Shown: piece by piece, positions 50,231-60,209 of the stretch
Layout: every line of letters begins with the position of its first letter
Numbering within the stretch: position 1 is the first letter of the stretch
Source: Vulcanimicrobiota bacterium
GTDB taxonomy: Bacteria > Vulcanimicrobiota > Vulcanimicrobiia > Vulcanimicrobiales > Vulcanimicrobiaceae
Assembly: GCA_963723515.1 (NCBI GenBank)
Contig: CAVRQT010000003.1
Span: 160,001-224,000 of the forward strand
Direction of reading: 5' to 3'
Length of the DNA stretch: 64,000 nt
The notes under the pieces: model-generated
Told to the model about the DNA's origin: nothing
The model's input: only the letters and a program-made list of their open reading frames with translations
The model's database searches: none
Position numbers and translations under genes: made by a program

Positions 50231-51664
50231 GTGAACGGCTGGCATTTTTTCGTAGGCGCATTGTTCTTCATCTGCTGCGCGCGCACGATGGCTGCAGCAC
50301 AACAACCGGTGCCGACCCCCAAACTAACCGCATCCCCGAGCTCCGCGTTCAAGTTCAGCGGCAACGTCCGCGTCTATAACTTCACGCGGACGAACGAAGT
50401 TGGCACCAACGCCGCCGCCTTCAATACGGAAGCCAAGCTGCACGGCGAATATAGGTTTGCGAACTCGCCATGGACGATCGGTGTCAGCTACTTCGGCGCG
50501 GACCCGTTCGGCGCGAATGGCCCTGAGCCGGGTTTCAACAAGAAAGTCGACAACACGCTGCCGGGCTACGCGCTGAGCCTGCTGGGCGAATACTACCTGC
50601 AGTATAAAACGTACGCCGTCACGGCCTGGACGGGAAAACAGATCATCGACACACCGTGGGCCAATGCATCGGATTCGCGGCTTGTGCCGGTGATTTTCCA
50701 GGGTACTGCGTTGAGCGTTGATGTCTCTCCCCAAACGACTCTGGGGGCGATGTACATGGCGCGCTTTCGCCATCGCACATCGTCGGACTTTGAATCGAAC
50801 ACGATGCTGACCAGTTGCGACAACACCGGCTCGAAGGTGCCCGGCGACCCTTGCCATCCGCAATTCACAACGCCCGGTTTTCTGCTGCTCTACGCAACGC
50901 AGAGGTTCTCGCCGCAACTGACCGCCAACGTGTATAACTATCAGGTGTACGATATCGTCAATCTTTTGTATATTGATACGAAGTACAATTATGCTTCAAA
51001 ATCGCCGTTCGATCCGTATGTCGGCCTGCAATACGTCGCCGAATCGAACACCGGCGCTTCGGACATCGGCGTCGTCCATAACCGCACGTTTGGCTTCCAA
51101 TTCGGAGCCAGCGCCGGCAAAAACATCGAACTCGCGCTGAGCTTCAACGCTTCGCCGGTTGTCACGTATACGACCCCATCCGCGTCATTATGCGGCGGCG
51201 GCTCCGGAAAATTCGATCCCAAACTAGGCGGGATCTTTGGCGGCGCCGTCGGCTTGCCGGTCCACGGCGCGCCGAAAGGAACGGTATTCTGTTACGGCGG
51301 CGCGTTGGCTTCGCCGTATACCGACAGCTACACGTCGGATCCCCTGTACACGACGATGATGTCGCAGTCTTTGGCAGACACGCACAAGCCCGGGTTCGCG
51401 AACAAAATTTCCGGCACGTTTCATACCAACGACCGCCGCTGGGTAGCGATCGTGCAAGAAGGTTGGTTCAACTACGGTCTTCCGTCAGCGCCGGCCGACA
51501 TCGTGAAAGAGTTTACGGGGGACCTAACCTACCATTTCAACGCGGTCGATCCGAAGCAGCCTTACCGGGGCCTCGCGCTACGCTATCGGTACGAGGATCG
51601 GCGGCAATTCACGGCGCCGTTCGATTTTAAATACAATCGAGCGCAATTGGAATACACGTTCTGA
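50231..51664 (+). CDS. OprD-family-like outer-membrane porin
   Basis: Signal peptide, GKQIIDTPWANASDSRL, C-terminal RAQLEYTF. Confidence 0.7.
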   Translation: MNGWHFFVGALFFICCARTMAAAQQPVPTPKLTASPSSAFKFSGNVRVYNFTRTNEVGTNAAAFNTEAKLHGEYRFANSPWTIGVSYFGADPFGANGPEPGFNKKVDNTLPGYALSLLGEYYLQYKTYAVTAWTGKQIIDTPWANASDSRLVPVIFQGTALSVDVSPQTTLGAMYMARFRHRTSSDFESNTMLTSCDNTGSKVPGDPCHPQFTTPGFLLLYATQRFSPQLTANVYNYQVYDIVNLLYIDTKYNYASKSPFDPYVGLQYVAESNTGASDIGVVHNRTFGFQFGASAGKNIELALSFNASPVVTYTTPSASLCGGGSGKFDPKLGGIFGGAVGLPVHGAPKGTVFCYGGALASPYTDSYTSDPLYTTMMSQSLADTHKPGFANKISGTFHTNDRRWVAIVQEGWFNYGLPSAPADIVKEFTGDLTYHFNAVDPKQPYRGLALRYRYEDRRQFTAPFDFKYNRAQLEYTF

Positions 51665-51673
51665 TTTAGGCCC

Positions 51674-52531
51674 TTAGGCCGATCCAGCCGCTGCCAATTT
51701 GGTGGTCCGGGTGAAGTAAATGCTTACCAGCACGATGACGACCGCCTGGATGATGAGGTAAGTCAGCACAGCCGGGCCGACGGTGGTCCGAGGGAAAGCT
51801 TGGGTTGCAACGACCGCGCAGAGACCGATGTTACGAAGCGCGGTCGCGATACTGAGAGTGCGCCGGTACTCGCGCTGGGCACCAGCCATGATCCAACCGG
51901 CGGCGAGTGAGAGAACGACGATGCAGAGCATCGCCAACATGCCCCTTGAACCGTAGACGGATGCGACCGCCTTTATGAGCCCGGGACCCAGTAGCACGAT
52001 CAAAACAAGAAGAGATGCCGCAAAGAGCAGCATGATCGGTCGCGTTATCTTCGACGCCAGCGTAGGAGCTCGATCCGATACGAACATGCCGGCCAAAAGA
52101 GGTACGAGTTGAAACAGCACGAGCGTGATGACGAGACGCCCGACCGGAAGAACCGCCTTTGCGCCGGCTGGAAGAACCAGCTCGGCCGTAAGCGGGACTG
52201 TTACGATCGAAAGGGCCTGCAACATGAACGCAAGCGCGACGGCGAATCCGAGGCTTCCGCCTACTTTCTTGCCGGCAGCTTGAACGACGAACGGCACGCC
52301 GGGCGCAATCGCCATCAAAAGGAAGCCCGTCGCGACGTACGTGTCTAGATGGAAGAGCCGAACGAGCAGCACGCCAAGGATCGGCACGATAACAAAATTC
52401 GCGAGTAACGCACGGCCGAGTAGGTTGTAGTTCCTCAGGACCGCCGTCAAGTCGGCAAGGTTGACCTGCAGACCGGCAGCAAAAGTCAACGAAACAAGCA
52501 CGACGACAGCTACGAGCTTTTCAGGTCCCAT
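51674..52531 (-). CDS. Bile acid:sodium symporter (BASS) family transporter
   Basis: RALLANFVIVP, LMAIAPG, TALRNIG. Confidence 0.82.
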   Translation of the reverse strand: MGPEKLVAVVVLVSLTFAAGLQVNLADLTAVLRNYNLLGRALLANFVIVPILGVLLVRLFHLDTYVATGFLLMAIAPGVPFVVQAAGKKVGGSLGFAVALAFMLQALSIVTVPLTAELVLPAGAKAVLPVGRLVITLVLFQLVPLLAGMFVSDRAPTLASKITRPIMLLFAASLLVLIVLLGPGLIKAVASVYGSRGMLAMLCIVVLSLAAGWIMAGAQREYRRTLSIATALRNIGLCAVVATQAFPRTTVGPAVLTYLIIQAVVIVLVSIYFTRTTKLAAAGSA

Positions 52532-52661
52532 TTTCGGCGGTTTCTTCTCGTTGCGCGGCCTTCCTATGGTATGATGGCGAACACCTCACGAGTGCATGCC
52601 GAAACGCAATCATCACCCTAGACGATCGTGAGATTTTGTTAAGAAGGGAAAACGCGTACTT

Positions 52662-54180
52662 ATGGCTGCAAAGAAACCGAATATCCTCATACTCTGGGGC
52701 GACGACATCGGCATCTGGAACATCAGCCGCTTTAGCAACGGCATGATGGGGTATCGCACGCCCAACATCGACCGCGTCGCGAACGAAGGCGCGCCTCTTC
52801 ACCGATTACTACTCGCAGCAGAGCTGCACCGCCGGCCGCGCGTGCTTCATCGCCGGCCAGAACCCGATCCGCACCGGCCTCACCAAGGTCGGCATGCCCG
52901 GCGCGACCGTCGGTCTTCAGCCGGAAGATCCGACGATCGCCGAGATGCTCAAGCCGCAGGGCTACGCCACCGGCCAGTTCGGCAAGAACCATCTGGGCGA
53001 CCGCAACGAATTTCTGCCGACCGTCCACGGCTTCGATGAGTTCTTCGGCAACCTCTATCATCTCAACGCCGAAGAAGAGCCCGAACTGCCCGACTATCCC
53101 AAGGATCCCAAGTTCAAGGAAATGTTCGGCCCGCGCGGCGTGCTGCATTGCAAAGCGACCGACACCGACGATGCGACCGTCGATCCTCGCTGGGGACGCG
53201 TCGGCAAGCAAACGATCAAGGATACCGGTCCGCTCACCAAGAAGCGCATGGAAACCGTCGACGAGGAGATCACCGCTCGCGCGCTCGCGTGGATGGAAAA
53301 GCAGGCCAAGGCCGACAAGCCGTTCTTCCTCTGGTACAACTCGACGGCGATGCATTTCCGAACGCACGTCGCCGAAAAGAATCTCGGCAAGAGCGGCCAG
53401 GATCCGTACAGCGATCGCATGGTCGTGCACGACGAGCAGATCGGCATGATGCTCGACAAGCTCGACGAGCTCGGCATCGCCGACAACACGATCGTCATGT
53501 ACTCCACCGACAACGGCCCCGAAAACGACACCTGGCCGGACGGCGCCAACACGCCGTTCCGCGGCCAGAAAGACTCCAACTGGGAAGGCGGCTGGCGCGT
53601 GCCGTGCCTTCATCCGCTGGCCGGGCAACGATCAAGCCCGGTTCGGTCTTCAACGGCATCGTCTCGCACATCGACATGTTCCCGACGCTGCTGGCGGCCG
53701 CCGGCAATCCGGACGTCACCAAACAGCTGCTCGACGGCTGCACGGTGGGCGGCAAGAAGTTCAACGTCCATCTCGACGGCTACAATATGATTCCGTACTT
53801 CACCGGGAAGGTGGCCGAAAGCCCGAGAAACGCCATCGTGTACTTCAGCGACGACGGCGACGTCATCGCGGTCCGGGTCGGCGACTGGAAGTTCAACTTG
53901 GCGCTGCAACGGGCCAATCACGATGGAGCAGTGGGCCGAGCCGTTCGTGAAGCTGCGCTTGCCGCACATCATGAGCCTGCGGCGCGATCCGTTCGAGCGG
54001 GCCGACTTCAACTCGAACACCTACTGGGATTGGATGGTCGATCACGCGCCGCAGCTGTATCTGATGCAGGCGGTGGTGGCGCAGCAGATCGAGGACTTCG
54101 AAAAGTTCCCGCCGCGGCAGAAACCCGCATCGTTCAACCTGGACTCGGTGATGGAACAGGTGAAAACGCCGCACGGCTAA
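52662..54180 (+). CDS. Second Cys-type arylsulfatase (frameshifts near 52795, 53625, 53915)
   Basis: [47 protein letters not shown]. Confidence 0.88.
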
Positions 54181-54214
54181 CGACTCTCGGTGCTAACGAT
54201 CGGCGCGCGGTCGG

Positions 54215-55437
54215 GTGACGTTTTACGAACGCCATCCGTATCCGCCGCCGGTGGACGATCTCGAAGCCTACCGCCGCTCGTGGGACGACGCACCGCCGGC
54301 GCGCGGAATCGCATCTTTTTGGCCGGCCGAACCATACCGCGAAGACCGCAGCATTTTAGTTGCCGGCTGCGGCACGACGCAGGCCGCGCATTACGCGGTG
54401 CGCTGGCCGCGCGCGCGGGTGATCGGAATCGACGTCAGCGCAAGCAGCCTCGCCTTCACGCAAGAGCTCAAGCGCAAACACGCGCTCGACAACCTCGAGC
54501 TGCACGCAACTTCCCGTCGAGCGCGCCGCCGAACTCGAGCGGACGTTCGATCACGTCGTCTGCACCGGCGTTCTGCACCATCTCGCCGATCCCGACGCCG
54601 GGTTGCGCGCTTTGCGCGACGTGCTCGCGCCGACTGGCGCGCTGCATCTCATGGTGTACGCGCCGTACGGACGCGCCGGCGTCTACATGTTGCAAGACTA
54701 TTGCCGGCGGCTCGGGATTGGCTCGGACCGCTGCCGAGATTCGCGACCTCGCCGCGAGCCTCAAGGCGCTGCCGCCGGACCATCCGATTGCGCCGCTGCT
54801 GCGCAAATCGCCCGACTTCGCGACGACGCCGGGCTAGCGGATGCGCTGCTGCATCCGCAAGATCGAGCGTACTCGGTTCCGCAGCTGCTGGAGTTCCTCG
54901 ACCGCGCCGGTCTCGCGTTCGGGCGCTGGGTGCGGCAGGCGCCCTATCTGCCGTGGTGCGGCGCGCTGGCATCGACGCCGCATCACGCTAAACTGGCTGC
55001 GCTTGCCGCCCGAAGAGCAATATGCCGCCATCGAACTGTTTCGCGGAACGATGGTGCGCCACAGCGTCGTGGCCTATCAAAAGCGACGAACCGGCGCAAA
55101 GCGCCGTCCGTCGATTTCGCAGGCGATGCATGGCTCGACTACGTTCCCATTCGGCTGCCCGACACGCATCGCCGTGCGCGAACGGCTGCCGGCCGGAGCG
55201 GCGGCCGTGCTGATCAATCGCAACCACACCTATACCGATCTTTATCTGCCGATCGATGCGACGGCAAGAGCGGCTGCTGGCCGCGATCGACGGAAAGCGC
55301 ACGATCGCGCAAATCTGTGCGGCGAGCCCGACGCGACCGAAGTCTCGCGCGCGACTTACTTTCAGCAGCTTTGGCGCTGGGATCAAGTCGTTTTCGACAC
55401 TTCGAGCAGTTTCGAGGCAGGAAGAATCCACCGATGA
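54215..55437 (+). CDS. Class I SAM-dependent methyltransferase (heavily frameshifted; error-ridden or pseudogene)
   Basis: FYERHPYP, ILVAGCGT, GIDVS, CTGVLHHLADP, LMVYAPYGR, LADALLHP. Confidence 0.75.
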
Positions 55438-55939
55438 TCGCGGACACCAGCACAAAAAACACCGGGTTGATCTTCGTTCGCAACATGAGCACGACGACAA
55501 CGAGAGCGACTGCGATCGTAAGGACGGTCGTCGTCGCAGTCGTTGCGAGGGCGTAGACGCCGGAGAGCATCAGGCCAATCGAGATCGGCGCCAAACCGTC
55601 CTGCACCGCTCGCCGCCACGGAGAGTCGCCCGCCCGCACCCAGACGCGACCGACGACGAACACGAGCAGCGCGGCCGGGACGAAGAACGCGAACAACACG
55701 ACAAGCGCACCGAAAATTCCGGCAATCCGATCTCCGAACACGACGACCATAGTCATATTTGGACCAGGCGCCAATTGTCCCAGACTGTATATCTTCGTAA
55801 ATTCGGCGGGACTCATTTGATACTGGCCTTGCATGACTCGCTGCATCTCCGGGAGCACCGCCGTGCCGCCGCCAATTGCCTGCAGCGACAGTGTCCCAAA
55901 GTCGTTGAAGAGCTTCAAAAGGATCTGGAGTTCAGGCAC
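55214..55939 (-). CDS. chrA: Short-chain chromate transporter (CHR) subunit; domain ends near 55420 and the tail is probably read-through
   Basis: LSLQAIGGG, GQLAPGPN. Confidence 0.85.
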   Translation of the reverse strand: MPELQILLKLFNDFGTLSLQAIGGGTAVLPEMQRVMQGQYQMSPAEFTKIYSLGQLAPGPNMTMVVVFGDRIAGIFGALVVLFAFFVPAALLVFVVGRVWVRAGDSPWRRAVQDGLAPISIGLMLSGVYALATTATTTVLTIAVALVVVVLMLRTKINPVFFVLVSAIIGGFFLPRNCSKCRKRLDPSAKAAESKSRARLRSRRARRTDLRDRALSVDRGQQPLLPSHRSADKDRYRCGCD

Positions 55940-56510
55940 TGGCTTTCCCTCGCGGGCGATAGAGATAGATCGCGATCGGCGCAAGCGTGAGGATAATCAG
56001 CAGCAGGCGCAGCTTGAGAAAGCTCATTCCAACGAACGTCAGCGCAATGAACATGATGTCGCGCGGCCGCATGAACTGCTTGTGGCCCGTGCGCAGCGCG
56101 ATCGCGAGCAGCATCCCGGTTGCACCCGCGGCAATTCCTCGCAGCGCCGCGTTGGCGATCGGCGTTTCGTGGGGCGCCTCGGCAGCGGCCAGGCCGAGCA
56201 AAAACACGACGATCGCACCTGGAGCCACGATACCGAGTCCTGCGGCAATGGCGCCGATCGGCCCGCGCAAGCGGTCGCCGACTAGAACCGCCATGTTGAC
56301 GGCGTTGAGACCGGGCATCGTCTGGCTGATCTCGAGCGAGGCCATGAACTCGTCCTCGTTCAGCCACTTTGTTTCGTCAATCAACATGCGCTGAAGATAC
56401 GCGATGATGCCGCCGCCGAAGCTGACCGCACCGATTGTCCCAAACTTAAGGAAGATCGTCCACAGGCTGACGTGCGGCTTGGTCGCGGTCGCTTCAGACG
56501 CGACGGACAC
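55932..56510 (-). CDS. chrA: Short-chain chromate transporter (CHR) subunit
   Basis: FLKFGTIGAVSFGGG, SQTMPGLNAVN. Confidence 0.88.
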   Translation of the reverse strand: MSVASEATATKPHVSLWTIFLKFGTIGAVSFGGGIIAYLQRMLIDETKWLNEDEFMASLEISQTMPGLNAVNMAVLVGDRLRGPIGAIAAGLGIVAPGAIVVFLLGLAAAEAPHETPIANAALRGIAAGATGMLLAIALRTGHKQFMRPRDIMFIALTFVGMSFLKLRLLLIILTLAPIAIYLYRPRGKASA

Positions 56511-56511
56511 G

Positions 56512-57330
56512 CTACTCTTGCACTCCGTAGATCAGCGCTGTCTTCGTGCTGCCTTCGAACAGCCAGTCTTTGAGCGGCCCCTGCAACTTTTTGAAAAACT
56601 TGTCGGCCGCCTCATGAGCCTTTTGCTGTTTTGGATTCGAACCGAGCACGTGGTAGGAGTATCCGAACTCTGCCACCAGCACGTTGAAGGCGTCGGTCGT
56701 CGGTCTGGTCCATACGGCAAGCCCCGCCGGGGCGACTGCATCTTTGCCAAAGATGAACGTTCCAAGTTTGGCTTCGATCTCGAAAACTTTCGCATTGTTG
56801 ACGGCCGAGACGGTCTTCGAGGGATCGAGCTGAAGGCTCTTGAGTGCCGGAAAGATCTCAATGATTCGCGACATCGGCAAGCTGAAATTTTTTACCGGCG
56901 ACATCGCGACGTTGTTGTTCGAGAAAATGCGACGAATCGATCCGTCGTCGTCGCCGCGCAAAATCTCTTCCTTGAATTTTCGCTTCTCGCGCACAGCCGC
57001 GGTCGAACCGACATCGAAGTCGACAGACTCCTGATAGTCGCTCGAGCGCAGCTTGAACGTCACCTCAAACGTTTCGTCGGGCCAGCCGCTCGAGCGATCC
57101 TGCCGGAGGCGCAAGATGACGTGGTTGCGCCGAAAATCCTGACCTTCCGTATCGAAAAACTGCACGGTGCGGATCTGCGAATCAACCGTCTCGAACTCGT
57201 CGTAGCTGACCTTGTAGTCCTTGGCGATCTTCGCCAGAAGATCGTTGAACTCGAAGACGGACCGCTTCGTCGGAAATCGCTCGGGTTTGAGCAACAATTT
57301 AAATTCGCGGTGGGTAAAAACTTTCGCCAT
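56512..57330 (-). CDS. CYTH/triphosphate-tunnel-like hypothetical protein
   Basis: REFKLLL, FFDT...ILRLRQ, TFKLR, KFKEE, VAEF, SKT; AAGGA RBS. Confidence 0.6.
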   Translation of the reverse strand: MAKVFTHREFKLLLKPERFPTKRSVFEFNDLLAKIAKDYKVSYDEFETVDSQIRTVQFFDTEGQDFRRNHVILRLRQDRSSGWPDETFEVTFKLRSSDYQESVDFDVGSTAAVREKRKFKEEILRGDDDGSIRRIFSNNNVAMSPVKNFSLPMSRIIEIFPALKSLQLDPSKTVSAVNNAKVFEIEAKLGTFIFGKDAVAPAGLAVWTRPTTDAFNVLVAEFGYSYHVLGSNPKQQKAHEAADKFFKKLQGPLKDWLFEGSTKTALIYGVQE

Positions 57331-57361
57331 TTAGTTTCCTTAAAGGTTCCGCAGCGGCCCG

Positions 57362-57988
57362 TCACGCTAGCGTGCTGACCGCGCGGGCTGCGATCAGGAA
57401 GAGCGTCGTGAGCGAGATCAACGCTTGCAACATCAGCATCAGCTTCGCGCGGTGGCTCACAGGTCGCGCGTAGTCGGGGGGCATGAATGACGTAGACGTG
57501 CCAAACGCGAGGAATAGGTAATCCACGAACCGCGGCCTGTCCTTTTCGGCGAAATCGAAATCGTTGGCATGGGTTTGCGCCCCCGCGCTATCGACTTGCC
57601 AATAGAGCAGTGCAAAACTTACAAGGTTGACAAGCCAGATTTGCGCTCCAGTCTCGAGTAACGTTATGCCGCCAAAGCCGTGTTTGGTGGCGAGCATGTC
57701 TGCGACGAGTTTGACAACCGTTGTGATCGTCAAAATGCAGACAATGGCGAAAATCCCGACAATGACCGCGCGCTCGACACGACGCCAAAAAAAGCTTGTC
57801 GGTGCAAAGGCGACCGCTAGCATCGATCCCACGCCGACAGCGAAGAGCGCCCACGGAACCCATGGTCCCAAAACATGGTAGCGGTTCGGCAATAACTGGA
57901 CAAAACCAAATACGAAAACATAGGCGAGGATGGGCGGCCAACGCGGCTCGGCATCCGGGCCTGTGGCGGCCGGCGACCTCTCGTTCAC
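57362..57988 (-). CDS. DUF1345-like membrane protein (paralog of 44635-45273)
   Basis: FALLYWQVD, PRFVDYLFLAF, LQALISL, ARAVSTL. Confidence 0.7.
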   Translation of the reverse strand: MNERSPAATGPDAEPRWPPILAYVFVFGFVQLLPNRYHVLGPWVPWALFAVGVGSMLAVAFAPTSFFWRRVERAVIVGIFAIVCILTITTVVKLVADMLATKHGFGGITLLETGAQIWLVNLVSFALLYWQVDSAGAQTHANDFDFAEKDRPRFVDYLFLAFGTSTSFMPPDYARPVSHRAKLMLMLQALISLTTLFLIAARAVSTLA

Positions 57989-58028
57989 GCGCTATCCAGA
58001 GATCGCCGACCCTTTTAGAGTCGAGGCC

Positions 58029-58703
58029 TTACAAGGCGCGCTGGCCGATGACGCGACCCACCGTCGGCGTGGTGTCCTTGCCCTTGCCCCAAGTGCCGTT
58101 GAAGCTGTTGTTGTCATTGTTGAACCAAAATGAGAACCAGCCCGACGTGCCCATGCCCGTCCAGGTCGCTCGTACCTTGTCTTTGGTTCTGAATTTGCCG
58201 TTGAGGACGATACCGCCCGTGCGACACACGACTGTTGGGCCCGATTGCTTGCAGCCCATGTTCCCCAGGAAAGCCGTCGGGCCGCCGGCACCAACGACGT
58301 GCCACGTTCCGGCCGCGGTGATCGGGGACGGCGGCAGAACTCTATTCCCGACGAACGATCCGTTGGCAGGCCGTCCGTTATAGCCCCACGTGCCATTCAA
58401 GCTGTGACCGTTAGGGCTCACATAGACGGTCAGCCAACCGGCGCCGCCTTTACCGTGCCATTTTCCATTGATCTGCGTATCGTTGACAAAGGTGCCGGTG
58501 AGTCCGTTTCCGTTCGTAGCGTTGCTGCCGACAATCCCCATGCCTGACTGGTGCAGCGTTATCGTCGAGGTTGTGGTGCCGTTGAGACCCGTTTGCTCGA
58601 CGTGCCAAGTCCCCGTGACATTCGGCGGGCTCGCCAGTGCCCAGCCGGTCGTTAGCGCGGCCATCGCCAAGCCGCAAATTGTTGAAATAGCAAGACGTTG
58701 CAT
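58029..58703 (-). CDS. Secreted protein with two tandem ~97-aa beta-rich repeats
   Basis: Signal peptide; GTWHV...QSG...GW...NGTWG occurs twice; AAGGAG RBS. Confidence 0.7.
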   Translation of the reverse strand: MQRLAISTICGLAMAALTTGWALASPPNVTGTWHVEQTGLNGTTTSTITLHQSGMGIVGSNATNGNGLTGTFVNDTQINGKWHGKGGAGWLTVYVSPNGHSLNGTWGYNGRPANGSFVGNRVLPPSPITAAGTWHVVGAGGPTAFLGNMGCKQSGPTVVCRTGGIVLNGKFRTKDKVRATWTGMGTSGWFSFWFNNDNNSFNGTWGKGKDTTPTVGRVIGQRAL

Positions 58704-58827
58704 GCGTAAAACTCCTTCGCGTTCGTATATTCGTATAGATGAGGGGGCGTTCTGGGCGCTCGATTAAGCGGCGCCTCGTTACTCACGTAAGAGTTCTGGC
58801 GTTCGCTGGTGAGCGATGGCGCGCGGC

Positions 58828-59199
58828 TTACAATCCGACAAGATATGTTATGTAAAGTATGGCAAAGATACCATCGACGATTGCAATGGCGGTCATTCCG
58901 ATCGTCCGTCGCAAGGGGCCGAAGAATATCATCGCGACGAGCGCAACCTTCTCTATGGCTGCCGCAGCTAAAATCGGATTGCGGGTCGCGGCATCGTATG
59001 CCGCGTACACGGTCAACGCGCCCACAAGAAAGATCAGAAGCCCCCAGTGCCGTGTGAAGAAGAGCACTGCCCTGTCGATGGGCTCGATTGCGAACGCTAC
59101 TCGCAACAATGGCCTCGGGAAGAGCAAAGCGGCGAAACCGCCGGCGGCGGTGATGACGCCCGACGCGATGAGTATCCACCCAATCGACGACGCTAGCAA
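58828..59199 (-). CDS. Small hypothetical membrane protein (about 4 TM)
   Basis: Hydrophobic ORF with RHWG and AAIEK motifs. Confidence 0.6.
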   Translation of the reverse strand: MLASSIGWILIASGVITAAGGFAALLFPRPLLRVAFAIEPIDRAVLFFTRHWGLLIFLVGALTVYAAYDAATRNPILAAAAIEKVALVAMIFFGPLRRTIGMTAIAIVDGIFAILYITYLVGL

Positions 59200-59236
59200 C
59201 CGATCACATCCTAAAGAACGGTCCTGAAAGCCGGCG

Positions 59237-60209
59237 CTACTTTCCCAGAGCTTCCTTTATAAGTTCTTCTCTGCTGATGCGCTTGATCGGGAAGACGAGC
59301 GACCACTGGATGCGCAATTGCGTCTGCGGCGCACCGACGGGCCGCGCGACGTAGGTGAAGTAACCGACGCCGAGTTGCATCAGCTGGTCGCCCGCTTTGA
59401 ACGTCTTTACGAGATTGAGGCCGAGGGGGACTGTCCATTTATTTTGAGGCGCGTTCCAATTCGCGGTGATCGTTGGCGCAAACGCGAGCGCGAGCCCGCC
59501 TTTAAAGTTGTAGTTCACGAAGGGCTGCACCAAGAACTGGCTGACGTCCGGGCGGTTCGACTTCCCAGCAAACGACCACAACTGATTGACAAGCGCGCCG
59601 ATGACCCAGGGCCCCGGCATGACCAGCGCAACCGCCGTTGGTCCCGCGCTCCATTTGCCCGTGCCGAGCGTATCGGGCGATGCGGTCGGAATCAAGAACT
59701 GGGGACCGATGCCCCAGATCAGCGCTCCGGGCTTTGTCTTGGGCGCAAAATAGAATTGCGGGTTGAAATCGCCGATGCCGAACGTCCACGGGCATCCCAA
59801 CGCCGATGCGCAGACTTGCGGCGGCGCCGCCGAGGGCTGGTTTACGATCGGCATGATCATGCGGATGACCAGATTCAAGTTGGGACTCAACATGGCCGGC
59901 ACGACCGGTTGTACGTTCAGGTTGTACTGATAACGCGCGTAGGGCCCAACGCCAAAGTTGAAATTGTTCTGGAACGGAATGATCGTGACGTTGCCGACCG
60001 GGTTTTGCGTCGTCTTGATGATGAATTGTTGGACGGCCGCTTGCTGTTCAGGCGTGAGGTTGCCGAGCGGGTTCGCGCCCTGCGGAGCCGCTGATGCCGA
60101 GGGCGTTGGTTGCGGAGGTGCGCTCGGCGTGGTCTGGCCGAGCGCCGGCGATTGCAGTGCGGTGAGCACAATGAACGCGAAGAAGAGCGTGCGGCGTTGT
60201 CGCGGTCAT
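59237..60209 (-). CDS. Putative outer-membrane channel (paralog of 43827-44603); frameshift just after the start
   Basis: QNPVGN, LNVQPVVP, PTASPDTLGTGKWSAGPT, QPFVNYN, TANWN, WTVPLG; ATG overlaps the patatin stop. Confidence 0.7.

Noticed and set aside
52540..52600. Fluoride-riboswitch-like GGTGTTCGCCAT on the minus strand upstream of the BASS gene
   Set aside because: Lacks the 5' GGCGAT(G) strand and the 3' (T/G)ATGAC pseudoknot partner.
52585..52632. CTCACGA/TCGTGAG inverted repeat after an extended -10-like TGGTATGAT upstream of sulfatase 2
   Set aside because: Only 7 bp with a 34-nt spacer; cannot be separated from chance.
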